DNA from: Macrostomum lignano
Taxonomy: Eukaryota
Direction of reading: 5' to 3'
Length of the DNA stretch: 64,000 bases
Assembly (NCBI GenBank): GCA_002269645.1
Contig: NIVC01002509.1
Location: 62,001 to 126,000 of the forward strand
The notes under the pieces are model-generated. The model searched no databases. It worked only from the letters and a program-made list of their open reading frames with translations, and was not told the origin of the DNA. Shown one piece after another: positions 61,801 through 64,000 of this stretch (the stretch's first letter is position 1; every line of letters starts with the position of its first letter). The position numbers and the translations under genes were made by a program.

Positions 61801-64000
61801 AACACCGGAGCGTGGTCATTCGTGTCGTAGATGTTTATGCTCAAAGTAAAATTGACGCATTGGTTGTCCGGATCGCAGGCGCGAACGAAGAGGCCCACCG
61901 TCTCTCCAGCCAGATGAGTCAAGCTGTCTCTGACTGTGAGAGCTCCGCTAGTGCTCAGGATAAAGTGGTCAAAATTACCCGCATAAAAAGGCCCGGGCCC
62001 ATTGTCTGGGTCCTGGCAGTTGAGCTGAGCAATTTTAGAGAAAGGCTTAGAGCTGTCTGCTACTGAAAGCTCTTTGACTACGCCTGAGCAATCTGGGTAA
62101 TTATCATTCTCGTTGACAACATGCAGGCTAACTATCAAATTTCCGGGTACACCCGGTGAATTCACTGTGAGAGAAAACTCCCTGGGGCCATTCTCGTAAT
62201 CTAAAGGATTAGTCAATGCAAGCGTACCATTGACATATAATGCAAAGTGACTGCTTGCGCCAGCAAGAAAATATTCTGAGCCGCCGATGGCGGCAACATC
62301 CACAAGAACGCTGTGGACTGGATAGTTCTCGCTGATATCCAATCGATAGCTTGTAAAAGGGAATCGCTTTGTAAAGCCACTGCTGGGGGTAGCATCAGTG
62401 ATGACAAGCCGTATGAGTGAATAGCTCTCTCTTGTAACCCCAGCCGCTGAGTCAACCACCTTCATGGGAAAATCAATCCAGCTTCCAAATGCCAGTACTC
62501 TTGTTGCATTCTTCACGCAAATATAGCCCGTATAGCTATCTATTGAATATGCTGACTCAAACGCGGGCCCGTACGCATCAGACATGCTGCTTTGAAATGT
62601 GTAGCTAAGCGCTGCGCCACAGTCTCTGTCTGCTGCTTGCACTTGGGAGAAGCATGACGAGACACTCACAGTCGGCAGAGAAACCGAATAGAATGGTTTG
62701 GAGAAGCGAGGCGGGTACTGATTGCTGCCAGTGACGAACACAACTAGAGTGGCATTGCCCGTTTTTTGCGGCGTACCAGCGTCCCTGGCGTGCAACTGGA
62801 CAGTGAATGAGCCGCAGGACAGCGGTCTAATGCCAATTTTCACCCAGCCCGTGCTTGCGTCAATGTCGAATAGACCCTTGTCCGCAGGTGAGGCTGTTAA
62901 TGAATACGATACGGCTGTTCCATCTGGATCGGTGGCAAGAACTCGAATAAGTTGATTGCCAGCAATTACTGACTGGCTAGTGGCCACGTGGTAGATTGGT
63001 TTTTGAAAGACTGGCACGTGATCATTGCTTGCGAGAACGGGAATGTCAATTGTTGTGGCGACACTTAAAGGCGGGTTGCCAGCATCAGTGGCGGTTAAAA
63101 CCAATTTGTAAACCCGCGGACTAAGCTGTGCGTCGACTTGAATCACGAAGATATTTGTCTCCAACGGCACTAACTTGAATGATTTGAACGGCGCGGACAG
63201 ACGGACCTCTACCGGATCTGTTGGCCTGTCAGGGTCGCGAACTTCGACTCGAATGATCGGCTGTCCAAGCATGGCATTCTGGGTCAGACTGCCCGTCGTG
63301 AGGTTCAAAAATGTTATTTGAGGCGGCCTGTCATTGATGTCAGCAATGCGAACGATGACATTGGCGGTGCTATTGTTGACACCGTCTGTTGCTATAACTA
63401 CAACCGAGTGAAGCTGCCGCAGCTCGTAATCCAGCGGCTTATCTAGTCGAATACTTCCAGATACTGGGTCAATCCTAAAGTGTCTGTTGGGGTCAGACAC
63501 CTCATAATTAATGTAGTACCTGACCGTATTGAAATCTCCCAGATCGCGATCGGTTGCTCGAACCTGAAGAATCTCTGTGCCAACTGTAGCATTTTCCGAC
63601 ACGTTTGCCGAATATAGCGGCAGCGAAAATATTGGCTTTTCATCGTTGACGTTATCGACGTAGATAGTGACGCTGGCAATGGCGGTCAGGCCCCGCTTGT
63701 CAAAAGCCGTCAACTGCAGCTGGTGCAATGCCGCAGATTCGTAATCTAGAGGAGTCTGGAGCACAAGGATAACATCAAACCGAGTTGGCCTACCCGACTG
63801 TGCCTGCAGCTGGACGCTAAATCGGTTGTCATCATTGCCCGACGTCACCTCGACTCGATCAATGGAGTTCTCAGGCGAATCCAAGTCCTCTACGTACGTG
63901 AGTGGCAGGGAGGTCGGAGTGGGAATGCTCTCCGGTCGGCGCAGCATGATAGACGCGTTTTGAAATGTCGGATAGCAATCGTTCTTGTCGTCGACTAGCA
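58874..64000 (-). CDS. ds: Dachsous-type cadherin, giant internal exon (>5.1 kb, roughly 16 cadherin repeats), open to the window edge
   Basis: The frame stays open upstream of the ORF-track ATG (LVDDKNDCYPTFQNASIM) to position 64000. Repeated DxNDxxPxF, LDYE/LDRE and DxD motifs. Donor ACAG|GTGAGC at 58873 joins IDSTTG|RIETS. Confidence 0.92.

Overview
Animal (metazoan) genomic DNA, not prokaryotic. It has GT-AG spliced genes with GC-rich exons, AT-rich spacers and an extreme density of minisatellites (about 25 arrays, roughly a quarter of the window by my hand sum). This style resembles the flatworm Macrostomum, but that is inference and was not verified. I reconstructed the genes by hand with phase-consistent splice sites: the 3' part of ALIX/PDCD6IP (+); an intronless phosphatidylinositol synthase (CDIPT/PIS, -); PGAP2/FRAG1 (5 exons, -); an SLC16/MCT-family transporter (7 exons, -); a 2-exon orphan gene (+); and the 3' part of a Dachsous-type giant cadherin (3 large exons, -, running off the window end). 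Mobile DNA includes a tRNA-headed CORE-like SINE, a decayed mariner joined to a 5'-truncated RTE-like LINE, nested hAT-like MITEs, a foldback/MULE-like element with a 9-bp TSD inserted into a minisatellite, and a 23-bp perfect hairpin flanked by a 9-bp direct repeat. The most notable observations are: (1) 14 of 15 complete introns in four genes each carry their own unrelated tandem array; (2) MCT, PGAP2 and PIS are co-oriented, with an acceptor-like site just upstream of each ATG, suggesting a trans-spliced operon that links PI synthesis to GPI remodelling; (3) a sharply bounded 2.9-kb block is almost free of CpG; (4) a long hairpin of about 250 bp lies between convergent genes. All coordinates were counted by eye; array edges are approximate (about +/-20 bp).
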